Positions 9,049-17,900 of a stretch of DNA of 24,000 nt are shown here, in pieces (position 1 is the first letter of the stretch; the number at the start of each line of letters is the position of its first letter). The stretch is from an uncultured Spirochaetota bacterium. GTDB lineage: Bacteria > Spirochaetota > UBA4802 > UBA5550. The position numbers and the translations under genes were made by a program. The stretch is taken from positions 162,008 through 186,007 of the forward strand of contig CALOBT010000031.1 in NCBI GenBank assembly GCA_942491575.1, written 5' to 3'. The notes beneath the pieces were generated by a model. The model saw nothing but the letters and a program-made list of their open reading frames with translations. It was not told the DNA's origin and did no database searches.

Positions 9049-10524
9049 ATGATATCCTTCTTTTTTTTAACCAGCGGACTCTTTCTCGGCTGGTCCCTCG
9101 GGGCAAACGATGCTGCAAATATTTTCGGAACGGCAGTCGGGTCCCGGATGCTGAAATTCCGCACCGCTGCCATTATCGCCAGTCTTTTCATAATATTCGG
9201 GGCAACCCGTTCCGGTGCCGGTACTGTACACACTATTAACAAACTCGGTTTTGTCAATGAGGCTGCGGGGGCATTTATGGTTGCCCTTTCCGCCGGGGCA
9301 GTCGTATACTGGATGACCCGTCTTTCACTGCCGGTTTCCACCTCGCAGGCAATTGTAGGGGCCATAGTAGGCTGGAATTTTTACAGCGGAACCCTTACCG
9401 ATGCGGCATCCCTGGGGAAAATTGCCGCAACCTGGATTTTTTCTCCAATACTGGCTGCCCTTATTTCATTTTTTATGTATGGCTTTCTGAAGATACTGAT
9501 AGGCCGGATAAAAATACACCTGTTGACTATTGATCATTATACGCGTATCGGATTTGTAATTGTCGGGGCCTTCGGTTCCTATGCCCTGGGGGCGAATAAT
9601 ATAGCAAATGTTATGGGGGTATTTTTGTCGGTTTCTCCCTTTACCGATATCGATAGCCGTTTCCTGCAAATAGGTTCTGCGGAACAGCTTTTTTTCCTGG
9701 GGGGAATTGCCATTGCCGCCGGGGTTATATCCTATTCTTATCGTGTAATGACCACGGTTGGAAGGGATCTTCTGAAACTGACCCCCCTTTCCGCACTTGT
9801 GGTGGTACTCTCCACGGGGACAGTCCTTTTCCTTTTTGCCTCAGAGGGCCTGGAATTATGGCTTGCCCGTCACGGCCTTCCTGTTTTTCCACTGGTTCCC
9901 GTTTCCAGCAGCCAGGCAGTGGTTGGTGCTGTAATCGGGATCGCCCTTACAAGGGGAGGCAGGGGGATGAATTTTCGCCTCATGGGGAAAATATCCTCGG
10001 GATGGGTGATTACTCCCATTGTGGCATGTCTAGTTGCATTTCTGTCATTATTTTTAATGCAGAATATTTTTAACCAGCAGGTATACAGGCCCGTAATGTA
10101 CCGCATAACAGATTCCTGTCACCGGGAAATGGTCAGGCAGAAGCAGTGGCATCAGGGGCTGGAAGAATTTCAAAGAAGGACATTTTCTTCCGCAAGAGAA
10201 TTTCTCAGCAGCCTGGAGGGATCAGGGGAGACTATCCCCGAGGAATCCCTGAGCGCAGCTGTTTCATTTGCCCGCTTGAAGTCTGTGAAGGTGGAGATGA
10301 GAAAACTTCCCCCCCGTGATCTTGCTGCCCTTCTGACATATGACCAGATCAGGGACCTGAAATCACTTGAGGGGACTTCCTATGAGCATACCTGGCAGTT
10401 TGAAAGGGACCTAGCAAAACTCAGTTCTTCATGGAAATTGAAACAGGATAATATTCTAAACAAAAAACATAACCGGCAGGTGAGACTCAGGATTGATTTT
10501 CTGCTGAAATATTTCGGCGATTAA
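9049..10524 (+). CDS. PiT family inorganic phosphate transporter with a C-terminal soluble extension
   Basis: 491 aa with the repeated PiT signatures LGWSLGANDAANIFGTAVGSRML and ALGANNIANVMGVF, plus LPVSTSQAIVGAIVGW and VPVSSSQAVVGAVIGIAL. The last ~140 residues are charged and lack TM segments. Confidence 0.93.
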   Translation: MISFFFLTSGLFLGWSLGANDAANIFGTAVGSRMLKFRTAAIIASLFIIFGATRSGAGTVHTINKLGFVNEAAGAFMVALSAGAVVYWMTRLSLPVSTSQAIVGAIVGWNFYSGTLTDAASLGKIAATWIFSPILAALISFFMYGFLKILIGRIKIHLLTIDHYTRIGFVIVGAFGSYALGANNIANVMGVFLSVSPFTDIDSRFLQIGSAEQLFFLGGIAIAAGVISYSYRVMTTVGRDLLKLTPLSALVVVLSTGTVLFLFASEGLELWLARHGLPVFPLVPVSSSQAVVGAVIGIALTRGGRGMNFRLMGKISSGWVITPIVACLVAFLSLFLMQNIFNQQVYRPVMYRITDSCHREMVRQKQWHQGLEEFQRRTFSSAREFLSSLEGSGETIPEESLSAAVSFARLKSVKVEMRKLPPRDLAALLTYDQIRDLKSLEGTSYEHTWQFERDLAKLSSSWKLKQDNILNKKHNRQVRLRIDFLLKYFGD

Positions 10525-10552
10525 AAACGAAGATGCGCATCTTCGTTTTTAA
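10521..10552. terminator. Perfect 32-bp palindrome, probable bidirectional terminator
   Basis: TTAAAAACGAAGATGCGCATCTTCGTTTTTAA is identical to its own reverse complement. A hairpin flanked by A5/T5 serves both converging genes. Both TAA stops (10522-10524 plus, 10551-10549 minus) lie within it. Confidence 0.85.
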
Positions 10553-10953
10553 TACAGATTGTCTTTTATGAACAGTTCTTCCAGCTCATCCGCCTTTGCC
10601 GCAATGTAGGTAAGGGACTTCATAAAGCGGTGGGGATCACAGTCCTGGAGAAGTACGGTATTTCGCAGGATCATGGTGTCATTCAGGAGTGCAATGGCAC
10701 CGTAGTCGAAGGTGGTATTCTGCTGAAGGCTGTACTTGTAGAGCTCGCAGAGGTCTTTTTTCAACTTCCCCACAACAGAGTAATAGTTGATTATACGGTC
10801 TCCCGATTCGTCCTTGGTGAGGGTTATCAAAATTTCCTGTGAACGCCCTCCTTCGAATTCGATATTGGTGGTATAGTTTCCTTCATCATCTTTGTGGAAA
10901 CGTATCTTAAATTCACTGGCTACTGCTGATATAAATCCGTCAAAAATCTCCAT
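10549..10953 (-). CDS. Hypothetical protein, possibly YbjN / CesT-like chaperone fold
   Basis: 134 aa with good coding character, convergent with the PiT gene and sharing the palindromic terminator. The segment FDYGAIALLNDTMILRNTVLLQDCDPHRFMKSLTYIAAKADELEE resembles YbjN/CesT-type proteins; this is fold-level inference only. Confidence 0.7.
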   Translation of the reverse strand: MEIFDGFISAVASEFKIRFHKDDEGNYTTNIEFEGGRSQEILITLTKDESGDRIINYYSVVGKLKKDLCELYKYSLQQNTTFDYGAIALLNDTMILRNTVLLQDCDPHRFMKSLTYIAAKADELEELFIKDNLY

Positions 10954-11288
10954 GGTATGCCTCTGTTCATTTCGATTGTTTTATTTTATCACGATATGGG
11001 CCGTCGTCAAGAAATAATCGCTTTTAAGGGCAGGTGTTCTCCCCGGCAATATCGCTCTGACCACTATATTGCGTTATTAAAAATAATATATGACTTCTGA
11101 GGTCTATCCTTTTTTGAAGGCAGGTATTAATTTTTTCGATTTTAAAACGCCAAAATAAGCGCTGAATAAGTGTAAATGTAATTAATCCAGCCCGGGTGGA
11201 ATAAAAATCCTTGATAAAATATATATTCTTTTTTCATAATGGAAGAAAGAAATTCCGGGTATAAAAATAAAAAAACAGGGTATGAGAA

Positions 11289-12218
11289 ATGATTCCAGCA
11301 GTAATCTGGGAAAACAAAAAGGAAAGAAAAGAGATCTACAATAACGCGGAGTCGCACGTCCGTTTCCTTGCTGAGGAGCTGGGGGAAAGGACCCTCCGGG
11401 AATATGACAGTCTTAATCATGCAAAATATTATATAAAAGATTATTTTGCCAGATATGGCCACGAGGCTACGGAGCAGAAGTATATTGCGCAGAAGATGGA
11501 AGTCGGCAATGTTATTGCTGAGATACGCGGCTTTGATCAGCCTGACAATATTATCGTCATCGGTGCGCATTATGATACCGTTGAGGATACCCCCGGTGCT
11601 GATGATAATGGTTCCGCTGTGGCGGGACTTCTGGAAGTCTACCGTCTCCTTGCGGATTACCGCTATAAAAAGACAATTCGGTTTGTGGCATTCACTCTCG
11701 AGGAACCCCCCTTTTTTAATTCAGACCTAATGGGGAGCATGCAGTACGCAACTCTATGCAGAAAGAAGAAAGAGAATATCGAGCTGATGATTTGTCTTGA
11801 AATGATCGGTTATGCGAGCAAAAAGTGTGTTCAGGAATTTCCCTACGAGGACATGAAAAAGGATAAACCCCCATACGGTGATTATCTTGGGGTCTTTTCC
11901 CTGCCGTCATGCCGGCCCCAGGTAAATTTCTGGAAGAACATCTACAACTCTCATGCAAAAAGAAAAATTTTTGATATCGTCGGTCCAGCGTCGATTCCCG
12001 GTATAGATCTTTCTGATCACCGTTCTTTTATTAAGAACGGGTACCCTTCAATAATGCTGTCGGATTCCGGATACTACCGGAACAAGAATTATCACCAGGA
12101 ATCGGATACCGTAGACACCCTGAACTTCAATTTTTTGGCGGAAAATATTCATAATATTTACCTGACCCTCAGAGAGGTCCTGAATATGCCTCCCCTTGAT
12201 ACAATAATCGGAGCCTGA
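11289..12218 (+). CDS. M28 family zinc aminopeptidase
   Basis: 309 aa with metal-ligand motifs [39 protein letters not shown] (catalytic/metal Glu) and [22 protein letters not shown]. Confidence 0.92.
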   Translation: MIPAVIWENKKERKEIYNNAESHVRFLAEELGERTLREYDSLNHAKYYIKDYFARYGHEATEQKYIAQKMEVGNVIAEIRGFDQPDNIIVIGAHYDTVEDTPGADDNGSAVAGLLEVYRLLADYRYKKTIRFVAFTLEEPPFFNSDLMGSMQYATLCRKKKENIELMICLEMIGYASKKCVQEFPYEDMKKDKPPYGDYLGVFSLPSCRPQVNFWKNIYNSHAKRKIFDIVGPASIPGIDLSDHRSFIKNGYPSIMLSDSGYYRNKNYHQESDTVDTLNFNFLAENIHNIYLTLREVLNMPPLDTIIGA

Positions 12219-12219
12219 A

Positions 12220-12423
12220 ATGGATTGCAAAAAAAATCAGAATTTTGAACGCTGTAATTGCAGCTACGAACCATGTTCACGCAAGGGTATCTGCTGTGAC
12301 TGCATTGCCTATCACATCCGGTCTCGACAGCTTCCCGCATGTGCTTTTTCGACTTCTGCTGAAAGTACCTATGACCGTTCTTTTGAACATTTTGCCCGGC
12401 TGGTTTCCGAAGGTAAAGTCTAG
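12220..12423 (+). CDS. DUF6485-like Cys-rich small protein
   Basis: 67 aa ([43 protein letters not shown]...), starting 1 nt after the stop of the M28 gene. The Cys pattern CxC..C..CCxC...ACxF matches my recollection of the DUF6485 family. Confidence 0.75.
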   Translation: MDCKKNQNFERCNCSYEPCSRKGICCDCIAYHIRSRQLPACAFSTSAESTYDRSFEHFARLVSEGKV

Positions 12424-12450
12424 GCCGCGGCAGCCTGAAAGGAAAATCAT

Positions 12451-13383
12451 GTGAATCCCCTGAAGTCTTTATCAAATGCCTTTGATAAAATCCGTCAATC
12501 AGGTGAGCTGCCTGCAAAAAAGGTGCTCATACTGGAGGGGGGCGGTATGCGGGGTATCTTTTTGACAGGTGTTCTTCAGGCATTCACGGACCGGAACTTT
12601 TTCCCCTGGGAACTGGTTACCGGTTCATCTGCCGGCGCCCTGACTGGAACCGCCTATACGGCGAGGCAGATTTATCTTGCCCGGGATGCATTTTTTACCA
12701 GGCTCCTGACGGGGAAGTTTATTCACCTATCCCATGTGCTGAATTCAGAAAAGCATATACTTGATCTCGACTGGATGATTGATACCATTGTAAAGGGTTC
12801 TGATCCCCTTAATGTCAAGCTTCTGAAAAGGGAAATACCCGTAATTATTACTGCAACGGAGGTACACGATAACCGGTCACCGGAGACGGTATACCTCTCA
12901 TCGAAGAAGGATGATATTTTTACGGCACTGAAGGCCACCGCGGCTATTCCCTACCTCTACCGCGGGTTTGTCACCTATAATGACATGCGTCTCCTTGATG
13001 GAGGACTCCTAGACCCGATACCATTTGCGAAGGCCCTCGAGATGGGGTACCGCGAGGAGGACATCCTGGTGGTGACAACCCGTCCGAAGGGGTACCGAAA
13101 AAAAGTTGAATCATTCTGGATCAGGAGTCTATACGAAGCCTACTTCAGCGATAAGAAGTACAGTTACCTTGTGGCTTCCATGGAAAACCGATATAAGAAA
13201 TATAACCGGATTCTTGATGAACTGGAGCAGCGTTATACCGGTATCGACATTATCTATCCACCGGAGGATTTCGAGGTGGAACGGCTCACCCGGGACCCTA
13301 AAAAGATTCTGGAGGGATTTGAAATGGGAGTCGCCGCTGCAACCACGTGGATGTATCCTCAAAGGTCAGGAACGGCCCTTTAA
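12451..13383 (+). CDS. Patatin-like phospholipase family protein (GTG start)
   Basis: 310 aa with the oxyanion/glycine-rich LEGGGMRGIFLTGVLQ, nucleophile elbow GSSAGAL, and LLDGGLLDPIP with the catalytic Asp in a DGG motif. Confidence 0.9.
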   Translation: MNPLKSLSNAFDKIRQSGELPAKKVLILEGGGMRGIFLTGVLQAFTDRNFFPWELVTGSSAGALTGTAYTARQIYLARDAFFTRLLTGKFIHLSHVLNSEKHILDLDWMIDTIVKGSDPLNVKLLKREIPVIITATEVHDNRSPETVYLSSKKDDIFTALKATAAIPYLYRGFVTYNDMRLLDGGLLDPIPFAKALEMGYREEDILVVTTRPKGYRKKVESFWIRSLYEAYFSDKKYSYLVASMENRYKKYNRILDELEQRYTGIDIIYPPEDFEVERLTRDPKKILEGFEMGVAAATTWMYPQRSGTAL

Positions 13384-14576
13384 AAACCGTTTTTGATCAG
13401 TACCGCCACGGGGATTCCCCCCTGCTTGAAGGTTATCTTTTTGTCAAAATCAAGGTTCAGCGCAGCTTCTGCGGCATGTCCCGGTACGATGATGGCAAAA
13501 CCGAAATCAGCATAATTATTTTTTATCGTTTTACCAATGCGGCGGTAGAGGGAGAGGGTGTCTTCATCATCGAGACGTTTCCCGTATGGGGGATTGAGAA
13601 GGAGGAGTGCAGGGAGGTCGCATCCCGAATATTCCTCCGTATTGAAAAAATCTTTCTTTCTGACGGAAATATAATTATCAAGTCCCGCCTGGTCCAGGTT
13701 CTCCAGGGCAGCCTCGAGTGATTTTTCATCGATATCACCCGCCACTATCTGCGGCATCTCCTCAGGATTCGAAGGGCTGGTGCTGTATTTTTCTTTCATA
13801 TGGTTAAAGGCGGCTTCACCATAGACGGGCCACCCCTGGAACGCAAAGGAACGGTTTATTCCCGCGGGTATTCCCGCCGCCATTGCCGCCGCTTCGATGC
13901 TGAAGGTACCGGCTCCGCACATGGCATCGGTGATACTCCGGTATTTTGAGAAATCAGCTGCCAGAAGAATTGCCGCCGCCCGTGTCTCCCGGAGGGGGGC
14001 TTCGTTCACCATTACCCTCTGTCCCCTCCTGTAGAGGAGTTCTCCGCTGGAATCGATACTGATGGTGCAGCGGTCCCGGTAGAGGCGGATAAATATCTGC
14101 TGTGATTTTTTCTTTTTTTCTTCAGGGGCTTCCGCAAGAAAGGGCTTCAGCCGGGAGGTTATGGCATCCCGGCATTCCTCTTCGATGCGGTCCGTGTGGT
14201 GGAGACGTGATTTTCGGGCTGTGATGGAGAAAGACAGATTACTCTGCAACGGGAGATAGAGTTCCCAGGGAATCTCTTTGACAAGGGAATTAAGAGTGGA
14301 AAAGTTCAGGACATTGAAAGAAGTAATTCTCAGGAGGAGCCGCGTCACTGTCCTGGCCATCAGGTTTACACGGTAGCAGTCTTCTATTTTTCCGCTGAAG
14401 AGTATCCCGCCAGTGGTGACCTCCAGTATGCCGGAAATGTCCAGGTCTTCCAGTTCCCGGCGGGTAACCTCTTCGAAGCCGGGATGGCAAACTGCAAAAA
14501 ACCGGTGGGAACGTCCGCGGATGTGTTGTTTTACCCGGCGGATTACTGCGGATGGTTTATGGGATGCTTCTGTCAT
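13380..14576 (-). CDS. THUMP domain class I SAM-dependent RNA methyltransferase (RlmL-N/YpsC-like)
   Basis: 398 aa with FFAVCHPGFEEVTRRELEDL (THUMP), VNEAPLRETRAAAILLAA, DAMCGAGTFSIEAA, DIDEKSLEAALENL, and the catalytic LLLNPPYGKRL (NPPY). Confidence 0.92.
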   Translation of the reverse strand: MTEASHKPSAVIRRVKQHIRGRSHRFFAVCHPGFEEVTRRELEDLDISGILEVTTGGILFSGKIEDCYRVNLMARTVTRLLLRITSFNVLNFSTLNSLVKEIPWELYLPLQSNLSFSITARKSRLHHTDRIEEECRDAITSRLKPFLAEAPEEKKKKSQQIFIRLYRDRCTISIDSSGELLYRRGQRVMVNEAPLRETRAAAILLAADFSKYRSITDAMCGAGTFSIEAAAMAAGIPAGINRSFAFQGWPVYGEAAFNHMKEKYSTSPSNPEEMPQIVAGDIDEKSLEAALENLDQAGLDNYISVRKKDFFNTEEYSGCDLPALLLLNPPYGKRLDDEDTLSLYRRIGKTIKNNYADFGFAIIVPGHAAEAALNLDFDKKITFKQGGIPVAVLIKNGF

Positions 14577-14642
14577 GATTTTTTACATGCTCCCTGTGTA
14601 ATAAAGTTGGTAATTTCATCGGTGAATTATAATTCATAGAAT

Positions 14643-15782
14643 CTATTTTTTCTCAAGAACCGCCAGGGTTTCAATGTGCGGAGTCTGGGGAAACATGTCA
14701 TGCGCCTCAAAGGAAATAATATTGTAATCCTCCAGTTCAAGTACATCGTCCCTGAAGGTTGAAGGATTGCATGACATGTATACAATACGTTCCGGAGCCA
14801 GTTCTGCAATGGATTTACGCATCTTCGGATGAATACCACTTCTTGGAGGGTCCATCACCAGCGTGTCGTAGCGGTCCGCCTGCTGCTGCATGTGTACCCG
14901 GGCATCTTCGCATATAAAATTTACATTTTCGATGCCATTTATCTCTTTGTTGATGTTGGCGATATCAACGGCTTCACTGTTCAGTTCGACGCCGGTAACG
15001 GAGTCTGCCTTTTCTGCAATATAGAGGGATATGCTTCCCACGCCTGAGTAGAGGTCGAGGACGTTTCCGCGGATTTCTTCCTTTATCCGGCGGTACATGT
15101 TTCGTGCTATGAGGCTGTTGGACTGGAAGAAGCTGTTTGGTGTTATGCGATACCTGATTCCATCGAAATCTTCTTCGATATAGCCGGTTTTCCAGTCCTT
15201 AAGTACCGGGCCGGTACTGAGATCGGCGAGACCGTCACTCAGTAAATGAGAAGAGCTGTCAACTTCCCCCATTAAAAAATCGGTCACTTCACTCAGCCTG
15301 TCATCCTCAACGGAGGTAATCAGGTTTGCCATTACCTGGTTGGTGAAATATGCCTCACGCAGTATGATGTAGCGGAGGTAGCCCTCATGTTTCAGGTAGT
15401 TGTATCCCTCGACTTCTTTCAGGAGGGGGCGCACCCGGGAGAAGAGGCTGCCGGATTTTTTCTGCATCAGGGGACATTCTTCGATGTCACAGACGAATCG
15501 GTAGCTTCCCCGTTCACGGAGACCCACCTTGCCGAAGGCGCATACCATGTCCATCCGGTTTCGGTAGCCAAAGGGTTCCGCAGGCTTGACTTCATCAAGG
15601 GTTACGATCCCTTCAAGGAGTTCATTCAGGTATGCCTTCTTCAGTTCCAGCTGGTTTTCATAGGGGATATCCTGAAAGAGACAGCCCCCGCATTTGCCGA
15701 AGTGGGGGCACGCTGGTTCGGCACCGTCGCCGCGGAAGCGGTCCGCCAGAATCTGGAATTTTTTCTGTTTTTTCTTTTTCAT
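14643..15782 (-). CDS. rlmD: 23S rRNA (uracil-5-)-methyltransferase, RlmD/RumA (TrmA) family
   Basis: 379 aa with the 4Fe-4S motif CPHFGKCGGCLFQDIPYENQLELKKAYL...CPLM, SAM motif VLDLYSGVGSISLYIA, DPPRSGIHP, and catalytic YMSCNPSTFRDD. RlmD is the most likely target class, but RlmCD is not excluded. Confidence 0.85.
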   Translation of the reverse strand: MKKKKQKKFQILADRFRGDGAEPACPHFGKCGGCLFQDIPYENQLELKKAYLNELLEGIVTLDEVKPAEPFGYRNRMDMVCAFGKVGLRERGSYRFVCDIEECPLMQKKSGSLFSRVRPLLKEVEGYNYLKHEGYLRYIILREAYFTNQVMANLITSVEDDRLSEVTDFLMGEVDSSSHLLSDGLADLSTGPVLKDWKTGYIEEDFDGIRYRITPNSFFQSNSLIARNMYRRIKEEIRGNVLDLYSGVGSISLYIAEKADSVTGVELNSEAVDIANINKEINGIENVNFICEDARVHMQQQADRYDTLVMDPPRSGIHPKMRKSIAELAPERIVYMSCNPSTFRDDVLELEDYNIISFEAHDMFPQTPHIETLAVLEKK

Positions 15783-15962
15783 TGCATGGGTGTCCTTTAA
15801 TCGATGCTGGTGGGCATCATTACGGGTATGCCGGTGGTGTAAAGATTTTTTTAATTTTTACATTATCCCCGGACAGTGACCCATAGGGGCACCGGCACCG
15901 GTACCTGTTAGCGGTGTTGCAAAAGAGACTGGAAACCAGGATGATATCAGTCTTTTTACAAC

Positions 15963-15992
15963 TTGACAATGTGTAACGATTTTCTTCATAAA
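15963..15992 (+). promoter_or_regulatory. Putative sigma70-type promoter upstream of the acetyltransferase gene
   Basis: TTGACA at 15963-15968 and CATAAA at 15987-15992 with 18-bp spacing, about 55 bp before the start codon. Confidence 0.35.
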
Positions 15993-16045
15993 ATTTGTGA
16001 GGAACAGTATTTGTATCGTAATCAAAGTTTTTTACGGAGTATTAA

Positions 16046-16519
16046 TTGGGTATGTTTGAAATAAGAAAATTGAGGGAAGAAGATCTGCCTTCTGTCTGCA
16101 CTTTTCCCGAGAGGGAAATCGAACTCTACTACGCATTTCCCCGGGCTTCATTTCCGCTGGAAGTTGATCCCCTGCGTGAAATGATCCGGCAGCGATTCTG
16201 CTCATCGGTGCTGATGCATCAGGAAAGGGTGATTGCCTTCGCAAATTTATATGACAGGGAAGGGGATGAATGCTGGTTCGGAAATTTGATGGTCCATGGA
16301 GAATTCAGGAGGATGGGGGCCGCATCTTTTTTGCTGGAGGCGATGACTGGAGAGGCCCGGGAAGTATACGGGATTAGAAAGTTGAAGGTGGCATGCTGGG
16401 AGGAAAACAGGGAAGGAATATCCTTTTACAGGAGAATGGGATTTTCTTGTTTTGATTCAAAAAAAATTACTAAATTCCGCAGGGAGATTAATGTGTTTCT
16501 CCAGGAAAAGATATTATAA
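16046..16519 (+). CDS. GNAT family N-acetyltransferase
   Basis: 157 aa with IRKLREEDLPSVCTFPEREIELYYAFPR..., GNLMVHGEFRRMGAASFLLEAM...LKVACWEENREGISFYRRMGFS. The start may be TTG 16046 (better GGAG spacing) or ATG 16052. Confidence 0.88.
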   Translation: MGMFEIRKLREEDLPSVCTFPEREIELYYAFPRASFPLEVDPLREMIRQRFCSSVLMHQERVIAFANLYDREGDECWFGNLMVHGEFRRMGAASFLLEAMTGEAREVYGIRKLKVACWEENREGISFYRRMGFSCFDSKKITKFRREINVFLQEKIL

Positions 16520-16647
16520 TTGGTGCTTTTCGAACAACCCTGGAGTGATTAGTTTGATTAGTCTCCGACAGGTTTAAAAAAAATTATGGTTTTTCCTCTC
16601 CATTCTCATTATTTTTTCAGCAGTAAGGTGAAACGGGTAAAACGAGA

Positions 16648-17859
16648 ATGTTTAGCAGGTTTATTAAATATCTTCTTCTCCCTGCCTTTCTTTTCACTGC
16701 GGTAATCCCTTTGGTATTCAGCGGGTGTGGAGAGGGTTTGAATATACTGCTGAATGATCAGGATCCCCCCCCGGATCCACCTCCTGATCCTGAAGATGTT
16801 ACCACATGGGGGTATCGGCGTCTGATAACTATACAGGAAAACGCTTCAGGGGGCAGCCTGACTGACTACCAGGTAAATGTTGTTCTGAATGCGGGTAATT
16901 TCGGTGACGGTTTCACGAAGGCACAGTCTGACGGCTCCGATATCAGGATTGCACAGAATGCCGTTCACCGGAGTTTCTGGATAGAAGACTGGGATTCAGC
17001 GGGGGAAACAGCTTCCGTCTGGGTAAAAGTGCCTTCCATCCCGAGTGGAAGTACTGCGGAAATTTATATCTACTATGGGAAAGCAACTGCCACGGCTAAA
17101 TCGAGTTTTGATGATACCTTTACGAAGGATACAGGAACAGCGAATTTGGTCGCCCGGTGGCATATGGACGAGGGGACGGGGAGCAGCATTGGGGATTCTT
17201 CTGCAAACAGCAATACGGGAACCATTACAGGGGCCTCCTGGGTCGGGTCAGATGGCGGTGCCTGGTATGACCGGAGCGATGTAGGTTTTTCAACAGGAGA
17301 TTCGATCAGTTTTGATGGAAATGATTTTATTACTGTAGCCGATGACAATACCCTGGACTTGAGCTACGTTACGATTGAAGCCTGGATTAGGACCGGCGGT
17401 GATGTTGCTACGCTTCAATATCTTGTATCCAAGTGGGATCAGGGTGGCAATAACATGAGTTACGCCCTTGCAGTTTCCGGAGGTAATTTTCTTTTTCAGA
17501 CAACCTCAGACGGATCATCCGGGACAGTAAACAATTTTTCTTACGGGCCCATAACAGCCAATACATGGTATCATGTTTCCGCTGTTTCTGATGGTACCAA
17601 TAAAAGTATCTATATCAATGGTGATAACAGCAGCAGTGCAGGATGGGTTAATACCCTTTTTACGGGAACTTCAGTGCTGATTTTTGGCGATAGATTCAGC
17701 GGTGGAGACTACTTCACCGGTACCATCGATGAAGTCTCAATCTACAGCCAGGCCCAGTCTGCAGCTGAAATACTGGCCCATTCAAAAAGGTCAAAGTATA
17801 CTGACCCACCACCAACAATAGATTCTATAGGAACGGAAGAAACAGTTTCCGCCAAATAG
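16648..17859 (+). CDS. DUF2341 + LamG/concanavalin-A-like domain lipoprotein
   Basis: 403 aa. Lipobox signal peptide (FLFTAVIPLVFSGC). DUF2341-like segment YQVNVVLNAGNFGDGFTKAQSDGSDIRI...FWIEDWDSAGETASVWVKVPSIPSGSTAEIYIYYG. LamG-like jelly-roll segment WHMDEGTGSSIGDSSANSNTGTITGASWV...NYFTGTIDEVSIYSQAQSAAEILAH (FTGTIDEVxIY). Confidence 0.9.
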   Translation: MFSRFIKYLLLPAFLFTAVIPLVFSGCGEGLNILLNDQDPPPDPPPDPEDVTTWGYRRLITIQENASGGSLTDYQVNVVLNAGNFGDGFTKAQSDGSDIRIAQNAVHRSFWIEDWDSAGETASVWVKVPSIPSGSTAEIYIYYGKATATAKSSFDDTFTKDTGTANLVARWHMDEGTGSSIGDSSANSNTGTITGASWVGSDGGAWYDRSDVGFSTGDSISFDGNDFITVADDNTLDLSYVTIEAWIRTGGDVATLQYLVSKWDQGGNNMSYALAVSGGNFLFQTTSDGSSGTVNNFSYGPITANTWYHVSAVSDGTNKSIYINGDNSSSAGWVNTLFTGTSVLIFGDRFSGGDYFTGTIDEVSIYSQAQSAAEILAHSKRSKYTDPPPTIDSIGTEETVSAK

Positions 17860-17900
17860 ATTTTCGGGCATTCGGGAAGTTTAGATTCTTGTATGAGAGA

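Noticed and set aside
8382-9365. 327-aa minus-strand ORF antisense to the DUF47/PiT genes
   Set aside because: It is a shadow ORF of the well-supported plus-strand DUF47 and PiT genes, has no recognisable motifs and has compositionally odd protein sequence.
10981-11288. 300-bp intergenic gap upstream of the M28 peptidase as a possible small RNA or hidden gene
   Set aside because: I found no convincing ORF, stable hairpin with T-tract, or recognisable RNA motif by eye. RNA-seq or Infernal/Rfam would be needed.
12158-12517. 119-aa minus ORF covering the DUF6485-like gene and patatin start
   Set aside because: Antisense to two supported genes, no motifs, and no RBS context.
14623-14636. 14-bp palindrome TGAATTATAATTCA between rlmD and the THUMP methyltransferase gene
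   Set aside because: AT-rich and short enough to arise by chance. It does not match a recognised operator well and is not accompanied by a T-tract.
13347-15886. Plus-strand ORFs of 61-137 aa inside the THUMP and RlmD methyltransferase genes
   Set aside because: Alternative-frame shadows of well-supported minus-strand genes.
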